DNA of 37,043 bases from Nitrospirales bacterium (GCA_012965905.1 DTRN01000064.1:1-37043); one strand, 5' to 3'; shown: positions 28,544-37,043, counted from the first letter of the stretch. Notes: a model not told the origin generated them from the sequence alone. Made by a program: numbers and translations.

Positions 28544-29164
28544 TCACTGCACCATAAAAATCTGAAAATTCTGCTTTGGCAAGAAGTCGAATTCCTGGAC
28601 AAGACGATAGCCTGCAGCTTCCATCTCGCTTCGAATGTCTGCTGCCGGGGTGATATGGCCAAACAACCGCTGAAACCAAGTCCGTCCCTCAAAGTCGATG
28701 ATGGCGACTCGCCCTCTCGGACGCAGATACTGCTTAGCATGTTCAAAATAGGCAACCCGATTTTCAACATGATGATAGGTGTTACAGATAAAGATCAGAT
28801 CGACGCCCTGTTCAGGCAGCAGAGGATCATCGTTGGTCGCGACGACGCTTGTAATGCTGGGATATCCGTCGGCCTGCGCCTTGGCGTCCACATACGCAAC
28901 CATCTCCTCGTCAACATCGACCGCATAGACATTCCCGTCAGCCCCGGTCGCATCTGCTAGCCGGAAGGTAAAGTAGCCACCGCCCGACCCAAGATCCACG
29001 ATGTGCTCTCCCGATCGAATACCCAGCGCCAAAATGACGCGTTCCGCTTGCTGCCATCCATCACGCTGAAAACCTTCGTAAAGAGATCGCTTGATATCCC
29101 CGCAACCAGCACTGATCGCCAGAAGCAGAGTAACAGTCAACAGTCTGTAGATCACGTGACTCAT
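28544..29164 (-). CDS. Class I SAM-dependent methyltransferase with lipoprotein-type signal
   Basis: VDLGSGGGYF, VYAVDVD, NTYHH, LRPRGRVAIID; N-terminal LLLAISAGC lipobox. Confidence 0.88.
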   Translation of the reverse strand: MSHVIYRLLTVTLLLAISAGCGDIKRSLYEGFQRDGWQQAERVILALGIRSGEHIVDLGSGGGYFTFRLADATGADGNVYAVDVDEEMVAYVDAKAQADGYPSITSVVATNDDPLLPEQGVDLIFICNTYHHVENRVAYFEHAKQYLRPRGRVAIIDFEGRTWFQRLFGHITPAADIRSEMEAAGYRLVQEFDFLPKQNFQIFMVQ

Positions 29165-30132
29165 AGGCTCACAACGTTTTTTGGCGTACCTGCGTTAAAG
29201 GCTTGGATATTTTCTGCCAGCCGATCGACGAGCCGCTGACGTGCCTCCCGGCTCGCCCATGCGATATGCGGGGTGATAATAAGATTGGGGATACTCGGGT
29301 CAAGGAGAGGATTTCCATCCGTCGGAGGCTCATTGGTCAGCACATCGACCCCCGCCCCGCCGATACGGCCTTGCTTCAACGCATCGCGTAATGCGGCTTC
29401 ATTTACCACCCCGCCACGTGCGGCATTGATTAGCAACGCACTGGGTTTCATCAATGCAATCTCTTTTTCAGCAATCAGATCATTCGTTTCGGGTGTGAAG
29501 GGACAATGCAACGTGAGGACATCGGCTTGTGCGAGCACATCTTCAAAAGCGATCCGATTTTCACGCACTTCAGTGACACCGCGACGTTCCGCAATTAAGG
29601 ACTCCATTCCAAACGCCTCTCCGACTTGCTCGACTGCGCGGCCAATCGCGCCATACCCAACGATGCCAATTCGCTTGCCATGCAATTCTGAGAATGGAAA
29701 ATCCAACGCACAAAACTGTTGGCTTTGCTGCCACACGCCGAAAGACACAGCACCTTGATAATCAGACAACCGGGTCATCAGCCCAAGAATCATAGAAAAG
29801 ACCACTTGGACCACCGACTGAGTCGAATAGCCTCGCGCGTTACAGACAACAATCCCAAGCTCCGTCGCAGCCGTAAGGTCAACGTTGTTGACCCCCGTCG
29901 CAGCGACAGTAATCAACTTCAAATTTGATGCTGCTGCCAGGACCTCTCGACGCATAGGAGTCTTATTACAAATCACAACCTCAGCAGATCCAATACGCTC
30001 AACAGCATCTTCAAGACGCGTGTGCGGATAGAATGTCAGATCCGGAACCGCCTGTTTCAACGAACCCAGATCAAGTTCGTCCGGCTGTATGGAATCGGCA
30101 TCAAGAAAGACACCGTGGGTACAAAGGGACAT
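29161..30132 (-). CDS. hprA: D-2-hydroxyacid dehydrogenase (glycerate dehydrogenase/HprA-like)
   Basis: ATGVNNVD, GIVGYGAIG, LHCP, INAARG, DVL..EPP, TPHIAWAS. Confidence 0.9.
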   Translation of the reverse strand: MSLCTHGVFLDADSIQPDELDLGSLKQAVPDLTFYPHTRLEDAVERIGSAEVVICNKTPMRREVLAAASNLKLITVAATGVNNVDLTAATELGIVVCNARGYSTQSVVQVVFSMILGLMTRLSDYQGAVSFGVWQQSQQFCALDFPFSELHGKRIGIVGYGAIGRAVEQVGEAFGMESLIAERRGVTEVRENRIAFEDVLAQADVLTLHCPFTPETNDLIAEKEIALMKPSALLINAARGGVVNEAALRDALKQGRIGGAGVDVLTNEPPTDGNPLLDPSIPNLIITPHIAWASREARQRLVDRLAENIQAFNAGTPKNVVSL

Positions 30133-30143
30133 GCGTTATTTGT

Positions 30144-30377
30144 TTACCAAATGAGAGCGTCCCGAATTTTCTTAGGCAGGGGGGCATCGAAGTTCTTATG
30201 TATACGAATCTTCCCGCGTGCAGTGCCGGGAGTTTGTCGTTTGGCCTTTTGTATGACCGGAACCAAACGGGCGATCGGCTGACGTCCTTTTGAGATGATA
30301 ATCTCCTCTCCTTGCCGGACACGATCCAGCAGCTGTGAAAGATGGATTTTCACTTCTTGAATAGTAACCACACTCAT
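30144..30377 (-). CDS. Phd/YefM-family antitoxin, no adjacent toxin
   Basis: VKIHLSQLLDRVRQGEEIII...PIARLVP...G.ARGKIRI..NFDAPLP. Palindrome ATTACC-C-GGTAAT (30383-30395) lies just upstream. Confidence 0.85.
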   Translation of the reverse strand: MSVVTIQEVKIHLSQLLDRVRQGEEIIISKGRQPIARLVPVIQKAKRQTPGTARGKIRIHKNFDAPLPKKIRDALIW

Positions 30378-30524
30378 GGTGTATTACCCGGTAATTTAGA
30401 GTACGTCCTCACCTTTGCGTGTAGATCCTGTCATCGGTCACCGCGATGATCCTACCGATACTCGATATGAGTATCAAGCAGGCAACTTGACTTTCTGACA
30501 AGGCGAGATAAAACTGTTTTTCAT

Positions 30525-31577
30525 ATGAAACCAATCATCGATCTTCGCAGTGATACGATGACGAAGCCGTCGCCCGGGATGCGTCAGGCTATTGCTGAGG
30601 CAGAGGTTGGCGACGATGTCTGGGGAGAAGACCCGACGGTCAACAAGCTCGAGGCCTTTGCCGCCGAGATGTTGGGAAAGCCTGCCGCGATTTTCGTTCC
30701 CAGCGGGACGATGGCCAATCAGATTGCCGTCCGATCGCTGACCAACCCCGGTGACGAGATTATCATTGAAACTGGCGCGCATATCGTCAGATATGAAAGT
30801 GGAGCGGTCTCGGCCCTTTCCGGCATCCAACCCTGCATGTTGTCTGCCCCACGTGGCATTCTGACTGCTGAACAGGTTGAAGCCGCGATCCGACCGTCGG
30901 ACATTCACAATCCTCCGACCACGCTGATCTGTCTCGAAAATACACATAACCGCGCAGGAGGAACGGTCTATCCCCTCGGAACCATCTCGCAAATACGCGA
31001 TATCGCAACATCCAGAAACGTTGCCATGCATCTCGACGGCGCGCGCCTGTTCAACGCGGTCTGCGCAACCGGCATCGCACCTGACGTGTATGCATCACGA
31101 TTCGAAACGGTTTCATTCTGCCTTTCGAAAGGACTGGGTGCGCCGGTGGGATCGATGGTGGTGTCGAGCGAAAGCCGCATCGCACGCATGCGGCGCATTC
31201 GGAAAATGTACGGCGGAGGCATGCGGCAAGCCGGCATTCTCGCAGCCGCAGGCTTATATGCCCTAGAACACAATATCGCCCGCCTTCACGAAGACCATGC
31301 CAATGCACAGCTTCTCGCACAGGGATTAGCAAAGATACCGGGGGTCGCGATCGACGAGAAAACAGTCGAGACGAATATCGTGCTGTTTGATGTTGGCGGG
31401 ATGACTCAGAAACCAGATCAGCTATTCGACAGACTCAAAGACGAAGGAGTTCTCGTTTCACGCTTTACACCAACGACATTTCGCGCTGTCACCCACCTCG
31501 ATGTTTCACGGCAGGATATTCTGGATGCGATAGATAGCCTCAAGAATGTTCTCGAGAGCAAATCTCTAAAGAGATAA
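30525..31577 (+). CDS. ltaE: Low-specificity L-threonine aldolase
   Basis: DLRSDT, GDDVWGEDPT, SGTMAN, LENTHN, HLDGAR, CLSKGLGAPVGS, GGGMRQAG. Confidence 0.96.
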   Translation: MKPIIDLRSDTMTKPSPGMRQAIAEAEVGDDVWGEDPTVNKLEAFAAEMLGKPAAIFVPSGTMANQIAVRSLTNPGDEIIIETGAHIVRYESGAVSALSGIQPCMLSAPRGILTAEQVEAAIRPSDIHNPPTTLICLENTHNRAGGTVYPLGTISQIRDIATSRNVAMHLDGARLFNAVCATGIAPDVYASRFETVSFCLSKGLGAPVGSMVVSSESRIARMRRIRKMYGGGMRQAGILAAAGLYALEHNIARLHEDHANAQLLAQGLAKIPGVAIDEKTVETNIVLFDVGGMTQKPDQLFDRLKDEGVLVSRFTPTTFRAVTHLDVSRQDILDAIDSLKNVLESKSLKR

Positions 31578-31591
31578 ACGGAGAGCGCGCT

Positions 31592-31813
31592 ATGCAACAT
31601 TACCCTTGGAGCTACCGTCTGTTTCTGGCGACAGGAGCGGGGTGGATATCCATTTATTTTAAGTTTCCTTTCGACATGGGTCACTTGCCTTCTGGTGATA
31701 CCTTGAGTCTGATATTTGCTGGGATCATACTTGTGTTTGCGGTTGGAGGAGTCGCACTGGGACCCATTGTGTTTATGTTTGAGTTCGCTGCCGTCCGCAA
31801 TAAGGATCAATAA
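31592..31813 (+). CDS. Small 2-TM hypothetical protein
   Basis: GGAG RBS, two hydrophobic segments, fills the gap between co-directional genes. Confidence 0.55.
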   Translation: MQHYPWSYRLFLATGAGWISIYFKFPFDMGHLPSGDTLSLIFAGIILVFAVGGVALGPIVFMFEFAAVRNKDQ

Positions 31814-31838
31814 GGATGACGATTAAAGGAAAGCGACT

Positions 31839-32567
31839 GTGATCTTCGAAGCCTATGTATTCGGAGGACGTCTTGGCATGACGTGTATCGGAATATGTAT
31901 GCTCGTCTCTATTTTGGCGTGTGACAAGAATGAGCCTGCTGCCCCTCGTGAGGAACCCATTCAACAGCAGCAACACGAACCAGTACCGCTACCACCACAA
32001 GGCACTGAAACCACGGAGCCCAGCGAACCCGTTCAACCTACTGGACATATCATCCGTGGGTATGCCTCGCCTGAAGAAGCCTATGAACAATGTGAACAGG
32101 CACGGAAACAGCAGCGTTGGGTCACGGCCCTTGATTGTCTCACCGAAGACGCTCAGGATGACGCGTTGCTGCAACTTCACCGCGCACTCACCCAACTGAT
32201 TCAACTGCAGGAAAACGCCAGAGCATTTGGGCCTGCCAAATCACACTCCACAACCGAGGCTTTAAAAGAGAAGGCCCTACACGCTCTCAAAACAAAGTAC
32301 ACTGCGATTGACGCGGCAAACAACAATATGTCAGCGGTCCTGCCTACAAAATACGAGTACTTCAGGGATATCATGGACTTTCTGTCCGAATACGGCCAAA
32401 GTCTGGAGCCAACGCAGCAGTCACTGATCAATGTGAGCATTGATGGTAATACCGCCACCGGCATGGCAGTCAACACCTACGAGAACGGGGAAGAGAAGAA
32501 GTCCAGCGATATCAATTTCAAACGAATCAACGGCGAATGGTTCAAAGATGGTGAAGTCACCAATTAA
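31839..32567 (+). CDS. Hypothetical lipoprotein
   Basis: Lipobox-like SILAC, Pro/Gln/Glu linker, C-terminal ...IDGNTAT...INFKRINGEW. Start may be ATG 31878. Confidence 0.7.
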   Translation: MIFEAYVFGGRLGMTCIGICMLVSILACDKNEPAAPREEPIQQQQHEPVPLPPQGTETTEPSEPVQPTGHIIRGYASPEEAYEQCEQARKQQRWVTALDCLTEDAQDDALLQLHRALTQLIQLQENARAFGPAKSHSTTEALKEKALHALKTKYTAIDAANNNMSAVLPTKYEYFRDIMDFLSEYGQSLEPTQQSLINVSIDGNTATGMAVNTYENGEEKKSSDINFKRINGEWFKDGEVTN

Positions 32568-32574
32568 CGCGCTT

Positions 32575-33357
32575 TTAATCGGATAAAGAGATTCCCCGAA
32601 GTTTCTGCAATCGTGCGCGATTCGCTTCCAATTTCGGCAAGTCATATTTTTCATCGATCCGAACCACGCGTTCCAGCAAATCAGCGGCCTTTTGAAGCTT
32701 GCCCTGTCGCTCATAGCCTTCCGCCATCAGATACCAGGCGCTGGCCATACGTAGTTCATCTTTGAGTCGCTGTGCAATGGCAAGGCCGGTCTGGCAGACG
32801 TCGATGGCATCATCATAGCGTTGGCCCTTGAGGTAGGCGCGCGCGGTCATGCGAAAGGCGTCTGCCATGGTGGTATCCTGCCCCATACGTTTTGCCAAAG
32901 TGACAGACTGCTTGCAATGCTCAATCGCTTCATCAAGTTGATACGTCTCCTTTGCCACATATCCCAAATCCAAATAGACCATCGCTTTGCTTGTGACATC
33001 CCCAATTCGATCCATGAGGTCTAAGGCTTCAAAATAATGCGCCTTGGCACGTTCCCATTCTTCACCATCCGCGCACAGGTTTCCCAAGTTTACAAGCGTA
33101 ATACTAATCCCGCGGTCATCTCCGAGATTCCGCTGCAGGTCGAGCACTTCCTGGTAATATCGCTTTGCTTCAGGCCGGCGATCACTGACTGCACAGATAT
33201 TGCCCAGATTGCCAAGGGTCATGGCCAGCGCGCGTGAATCGCCGTGCTCGCGGTCAACGTTCAACGCCTGCGCGTAGTGCCGATACGCGTTCGCATAATC
33301 ACCCCGAGAAAAGTACGCGTTGCCTTGTCGGTTGAGCTGTTGCGACGATGATTCCAA
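32575..33357 (-). CDS. Cytoplasmic TPR protein (TPR_12/MalT-like repeats)
   Basis: Repeats LGNLGNI...YYQEVL and LVNLGNL...YFEAL. Likely TTG start at 33357 after AGGGAG, downstream of the flavoprotein stop. Confidence 0.85.
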   Translation of the reverse strand: MESSSQQLNRQGNAYFSRGDYANAYRHYAQALNVDREHGDSRALAMTLGNLGNICAVSDRRPEAKRYYQEVLDLQRNLGDDRGISITLVNLGNLCADGEEWERAKAHYFEALDLMDRIGDVTSKAMVYLDLGYVAKETYQLDEAIEHCKQSVTLAKRMGQDTTMADAFRMTARAYLKGQRYDDAIDVCQTGLAIAQRLKDELRMASAWYLMAEGYERQGKLQKAADLLERVVRIDEKYDLPKLEANRARLQKLRGISLSD

Positions 33358-33367
33358 AAACGGCTCC

Positions 33368-34552
33368 CTATGCGACCCGACCTGCAGCCTGCCCCGACGC
33401 CCAGGCCCACTGAAAATTGAATCCCCCGAGATGCCCAGTGACGTCGACGACTTCCCCGATACAGTACAGGCCAGGTTGCCGCTTACACTCCATGGTCTTT
33501 GACGACAATTCATCGGTATCGATGCCGCCCAGCGTGACTTCTGCGGTACGGTAGCCCTCGGTGGAGGCGGGCGTTATCACCCAGTCGTGTATCTGCTTCG
33601 CAACCCGACGCACCAGATCGTCGGGAATTTCAGCCAGAGGTTTCTCCGACGATGCCGGCCAATACAGCCGCTGGAATTCCAGCACCAGAGCACGAGGAAG
33701 AACTTCAGCGAGCACCGTGCGCACTAGCGTCTTCGGTTTCCGTTTTTTGGCTTCCAGCAACAGCGCAACGGCGTCATGTTCAGGCAACAGATTTATCCAT
33801 ATGTCATCACCAGGCATCCAATAATTGGAGAGTTGCAGCACCGCGGGACCGCTGAGTCCGCGATGCGTAAACAGAATATTCCCGGTGAACGTCACTGCAG
33901 AGACGCTCAGGGATGCGCTCACACTGATACCAGATAAGCGTCCCGTCAACTCGTGCATCGCGCCGGAGAATGTCAAAGGAACCAGGCCTGCGCGTGTATC
34001 GCGCACTCTCAGACCAAATTGACGCGCCAGTCGATAGCCCAAATCAGACGCACCCATTTTTGGAATCGAGAGACCACCGGTTGCCACCACCAGTGACCCA
34101 GCCGAAAATTCTCCTTGGTCACACGCGACGACATAGCATTGCTGATGCACGACTGACGCGTTCGTGCAACCTGTCAATATGCGCACATCCACTTGCGTGC
34201 ACTCTGTGACAAGCATGGCGAGAATGTCTTTCGATGACTGATCGCAAAACAGTTGCCCTGCCGTTTTTTCGTGATAGGCAATGCCGTGCTTTTCGACCAG
34301 GGAGATGAAATCCCACTGTGTATATCGGCTGAGTGCGGAGATACAGAAATTTGAGTTTGCGGATATAAAGCGTGTCGGCTCGCAGTGGAGGTTTGTGAAA
34401 TTACAGCGCCCGCCGCCCGAGATGAGTATTTTCTTGCCGATCTTGTTTGAGGCTTCGAGCACGACAACACGGCGCCCTCGATGTCCTGCCGCTATCGCAC
34501 ACATGAGTCCGGCAGCGCCTCCACCCAGGACAATAACGTCATAATCGGACAC
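33368..34552 (-). CDS. HI0933/YhiN/BaiN-family flavoprotein
   Basis: GGGAAG, GKKILISGGGRCNFTN, ATGGLSIP, LFTHRGLSGPA, AEVTLGG, GGFNFQWAWASG. Confidence 0.95.
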   Translation of the reverse strand: MSDYDVIVLGGGAAGLMCAIAAGHRGRRVVVLEASNKIGKKILISGGGRCNFTNLHCEPTRFISANSNFCISALSRYTQWDFISLVEKHGIAYHEKTAGQLFCDQSSKDILAMLVTECTQVDVRILTGCTNASVVHQQCYVVACDQGEFSAGSLVVATGGLSIPKMGASDLGYRLARQFGLRVRDTRAGLVPLTFSGAMHELTGRLSGISVSASLSVSAVTFTGNILFTHRGLSGPAVLQLSNYWMPGDDIWINLLPEHDAVALLLEAKKRKPKTLVRTVLAEVLPRALVLEFQRLYWPASSEKPLAEIPDDLVRRVAKQIHDWVITPASTEGYRTAEVTLGGIDTDELSSKTMECKRQPGLYCIGEVVDVTGHLGGFNFQWAWASGQAAGRVA

Positions 34553-34584
34553 GTTGGCGGGATGAGTTTTCAGCTAACGTTTGG

Positions 34585-34863
34585 TTACTTGATCGCGTTG
34601 TAGATAGCAGGATTTTCCTTTCCACTGACATTCAGAATCCCTACCGCGCCTTTATCAATACGGAAGATCGAATGATCGACAATCAAGTAGTTTCCTGGCA
34701 CGTCTACGGTGAACTCTGCTACGGGCGGGACCGCTGGAGCAAAGGTCAAATGCGCATTTTCCGCGACTTCTTTTGCCAGGAGACTTGGAGAAAATTCGGA
34801 TATCAGGAGCGCACACACACCCAGAATGAATAGAGTTGAATAAAACAGTTTTCTTAAGATCAC
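34585..34863 (-). pseudogene. nirK: Copper nitrite reductase (NirK/AniA-type) remnant: signal peptide and N-terminus fused in frame to the last ~45 aa
   Basis: GTG 34863 after GAGGAGG, then a signal peptide and AHLTFAPAVPPV joined to AEFTVDVPGNYLIVDHSIFRIDKGAVGILNVSGKENPAIY, which matches the AniA/NirK C-terminus including VDH. Type-1 Cu ligands are absent. Confidence 0.8.
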
Positions 34864-34923
34864 CTTGACCTCCTCATATTGATGTAGGGCTACCGATACG
34901 TTCAATCAATGTGTTCATGGCAT

Positions 34924-34938
34924 CATGAGATTCTCATG
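34924..34938. promoter_or_regulatory. Perfect 7-1-7 palindrome in the divergent nirK/ion-channel intergenic region
   Basis: CATGAGA-T-TCTCATG. Confidence 0.4.
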
Positions 34939-34967
34939 CTATCATCTTGGGTTTGGGAAATACCATT

Positions 34968-35810
34968 ATGTGGCAATCACTCGTTACATTAAGCCTTCGC
35001 ATCACGACCTCTCCGGTATTTACGATCTTCATCGTCGTGGTCATCCTGACCAACGCGGTGATCATCGGCATGGAAACGTACTCGTCCATGCTGGCCCGCT
35101 ATGGCACGTTACTTCACCTTGCAGACCGCATCATTTTGGGTATCTTCGTCGTTGAGATTGTGCTCAAAATCATTGCCTGCGGACGACGTCCCCAGGACTT
35201 TTTTCGCGATGGATGGAACGTGTTTGATTTCATCATTGTGGCCGCGGCATTCGTTCCAGGTATTGAGAATCAAACGACGATCTTGCGCTTGGTCCGGTTA
35301 TTAAGGATTCTTCGCCTCCTGAGCGCGCTTCCCAGTATGCAAGTCATGGTTGTCGCCATGATCCACAGCATTCCCGCCATCGGACAAATGGCCTTGCTTG
35401 CCAGCCTGCTGTTTTATGTGTACGCCGTCATCGGTCAAACGTGGTTTGGCACACACGATCCACAATATTGGGGATCGGTTCACATCGCACTCCTCAGCCT
35501 CTTTCGCGTACTGACCCTTGAAGACTGGACAGATTTAATGTACACCACCATGGAGGCCTATCCGTACTCCTGGATCTTTTTCGTCAGCTTCGTTCTGTTT
35601 GCCACATTTATCATTTTTAATATGCTCATTGGGGTGATCCTTAACAGCATGGATGAAGCGCGAAAGACCATTCGTGAGGAACACGCTCGTACTCAGATGC
35701 CCGACCTTCTCGATTCTGTACAGGCGATGCGCACGGCCCTGGATGATATGGAACGACACATTCATCCAACGAATACGTCTCTGAAACCCAACAAGCAAAA
35801 CAATACGTGA
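34968..35810 (+). CDS. Bacterial voltage-gated Na+/Ca2+ channel (BacNav-like, 6TM)
   Basis: S2 IFVVE, WNVFDF, S4 ILRLVRLLRILRLL, pore LFRVLTLEDWTD, S6 FNMLIGVI, C-terminal helical tail. Confidence 0.93.
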   Translation: MWQSLVTLSLRITTSPVFTIFIVVVILTNAVIIGMETYSSMLARYGTLLHLADRIILGIFVVEIVLKIIACGRRPQDFFRDGWNVFDFIIVAAAFVPGIENQTTILRLVRLLRILRLLSALPSMQVMVVAMIHSIPAIGQMALLASLLFYVYAVIGQTWFGTHDPQYWGSVHIALLSLFRVLTLEDWTDLMYTTMEAYPYSWIFFVSFVLFATFIIFNMLIGVILNSMDEARKTIREEHARTQMPDLLDSVQAMRTALDDMERHIHPTNTSLKPNKQNNT

Positions 35811-35835
35811 TTCTCACCTGACACGAGAGGACACA

Positions 35836-36558
35836 ATGCGAGCAACCACAGCTTATGGTTTGGTGGGATTCCTGTTCATCATGTTCCTCATTGGCGCGCC
35901 ATCGGCATGGGCTTCAGCACTTCATGATGCGGCCAAAACCGGAAATATTGAGGACATGCAGCGGATGCTCACGGAAGGCTATGGCGTCAACGAAGCCGAC
36001 GAGCAAGGCAATCTTCCGCTTCACTATGCCTCGGCCAACGGGTATGTGGCGATTGTTCAACTGCTCACAGATCATGGCGTGACGCTGGATTCAACGGATA
36101 TGCAAGGACGGACCGCGCTGCAAATCTCCACCATTGCCGGAAAGACAGATGTGATGATCGCGCTCCTTACCGCTGGAGCCAACGTGAATGCCAAAGCTAA
36201 ATCCGGTGGAACGGCATTACATCTCACGACAGTGTTGCGTAACCGCGACCTCGCCGAGGTTTTGATTCAACATGGCGCCGACGTGAACGTCCTCGGGAAA
36301 CATGAGACGAGCCGCAGCCTTGACGGCACACCACTGCATTGGGCCGTGAAGTTGGCAGAAACACGAATGGTCGACCAACTGATTGGCGCGGGTGCGGACA
36401 TGACGATCAAAAACAGCGCTGGGCTCACACCGGCGCGTGCGGCGCGTTCCCACTACATGCGAACACGAAACTCCATCTACTTTGAGATTTCCCGCTTGCT
36501 GAAAATACGGTCGGAGCAACGGGAAGAACAGCAGAAATCTCACACCCAACAGCCTTGA
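35836..36558 (+). CDS. Exported ankyrin-repeat protein
   Basis: Signal peptide ending AWA; repeats LHDAA, PLHYAS, TALHL, TPLHWAV...GAD; GAGG RBS. Confidence 0.92.
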   Translation: MRATTAYGLVGFLFIMFLIGAPSAWASALHDAAKTGNIEDMQRMLTEGYGVNEADEQGNLPLHYASANGYVAIVQLLTDHGVTLDSTDMQGRTALQISTIAGKTDVMIALLTAGANVNAKAKSGGTALHLTTVLRNRDLAEVLIQHGADVNVLGKHETSRSLDGTPLHWAVKLAETRMVDQLIGAGADMTIKNSAGLTPARAARSHYMRTRNSIYFEISRLLKIRSEQREEQQKSHTQQP

Positions 36559-36663
36559 GGCTAGGGTGCAACTGCGGGGGAATCAAGGTGATACAACTGA
36601 GGAACTACGACGGGAGGATTGACGTTTTCAGATGGCGGATGTCAATCATCTGACGAGGGGAAG

Positions 36664-37043
36664 TCAAAAATTAGACTTCGGGATGCCCTTTTTCTTGAGT
36701 TTCTCGACGAGGGTGGTTCTGTTCATGCGAAGAAGTTGCGCAGCACGACTTTTGACCCCTTTGGATCGTCGAAGCGCTTCCATAATGAGGCTGGTTTCAA
36801 ATTCAGCAAGGGACTTCGAGAGGTCGATCTCCCTGTCGGGCCCCCATGAAGGGCCTGGATCGCTATTAAGGGTGGCTTGCAAAAGCGTGGTCCGTACGTC
36901 GTGTGTGTTATTGGGATCGGGTTGCAGTATCGACCAGCCACCCTCCCGGATGGTGTCAGGAACGTCCTCGCATTCAATCATGCCTTGGCGTTTCAAGGTG
37001 ACGATTCGTTCCAACACATTTTCAAGTTCACGAACGTTGCCGG
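36664..37043 (-). CDS. Sigma54-dependent (NtrC/Fis-family) regulator, C-terminal part; 5' end outside the window
   Basis: GNVRELENVLER and Fis HTH ALRRSKGVKSRAAQLLRMNRTTLVEKLKK. Confidence 0.92.
   Translation of the reverse strand, partial: GNVRELENVLERIVTLKRQGMIECEDVPDTIREGGWSILQPDPNNTHDVRTTLLQATLNSDPGPSWGPDREIDLSKSLAEFETSLIMEALRRSKGVKSRAAQLLRMNRTTLVEKLKKKGIPKSNF

Noticed and set aside
10083-33513. Long N-terminal extensions in the ORF track (GT2 to 10166, ThiS to 11437, NHL to 12365, TPR-like from 17742, TPR to 33513)
   Set aside because: They overlap neighbouring genes; downstream starts with an RBS or translational coupling fit better.
34878-34910. FNR/DNR box upstream of nirK
   Set aside because: TTGAT and ATCAA are more than 20 nt apart instead of 4.
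36628-36653. TCAGATG...CATCTGA inverted repeat between convergent genes as an intrinsic terminator
   Set aside because: The loop is 12 nt and there is no U-tract on either strand.
1-37043. Prophage, IS element, defence island or RNA genes
   Set aside because: I recognised no integrase, transposase, phage structural, restriction/defence, tRNA or rRNA signatures by eye; covariance-model scans were not run.

Overview
Bacterial chromosomal window, densely coding, with about 40 genes. I saw no rRNA, tRNA, CRISPR array, transposase or integrase. Gene content and order suggest a Nitrospirota-like organism, possibly host-associated; this is an inference, not a search result. The window starts with a large secreted YVTN beta-propeller/c-type cytochrome gene that runs off the left edge and is missing from the ORF track. 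It continues with housekeeping genes (M20 peptidase, UvrD-like helicase, two peroxiredoxins, ThiS/TtuB plus TtuA, GT2 plus LAB_N, dat, ltaE, hprA, HI0933 flavoprotein, an hpnA/hpnG-like pair). An Opp/Dpp ABC operon has an enlarged binding protein and a His-rich exported helical-repeat protein translationally coupled between its two ATPases. There is also a LexA2-type repressor with a clear promoter, operator and probably leaderless start, a bacterial voltage-gated Na/Ca channel with a TLEDWTD filter, and several exported ankyrin, NHL and TPR proteins. The most striking pattern is gene erosion by internal deletion: comM, a copper nitrite reductase (nirK) and a Ysc84/SYLF lipid-binding gene each keep both ends but have lost their cores. 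A small membrane gene carries an in-frame TGA, and the antitoxin and lexA lack their usual partner genes.
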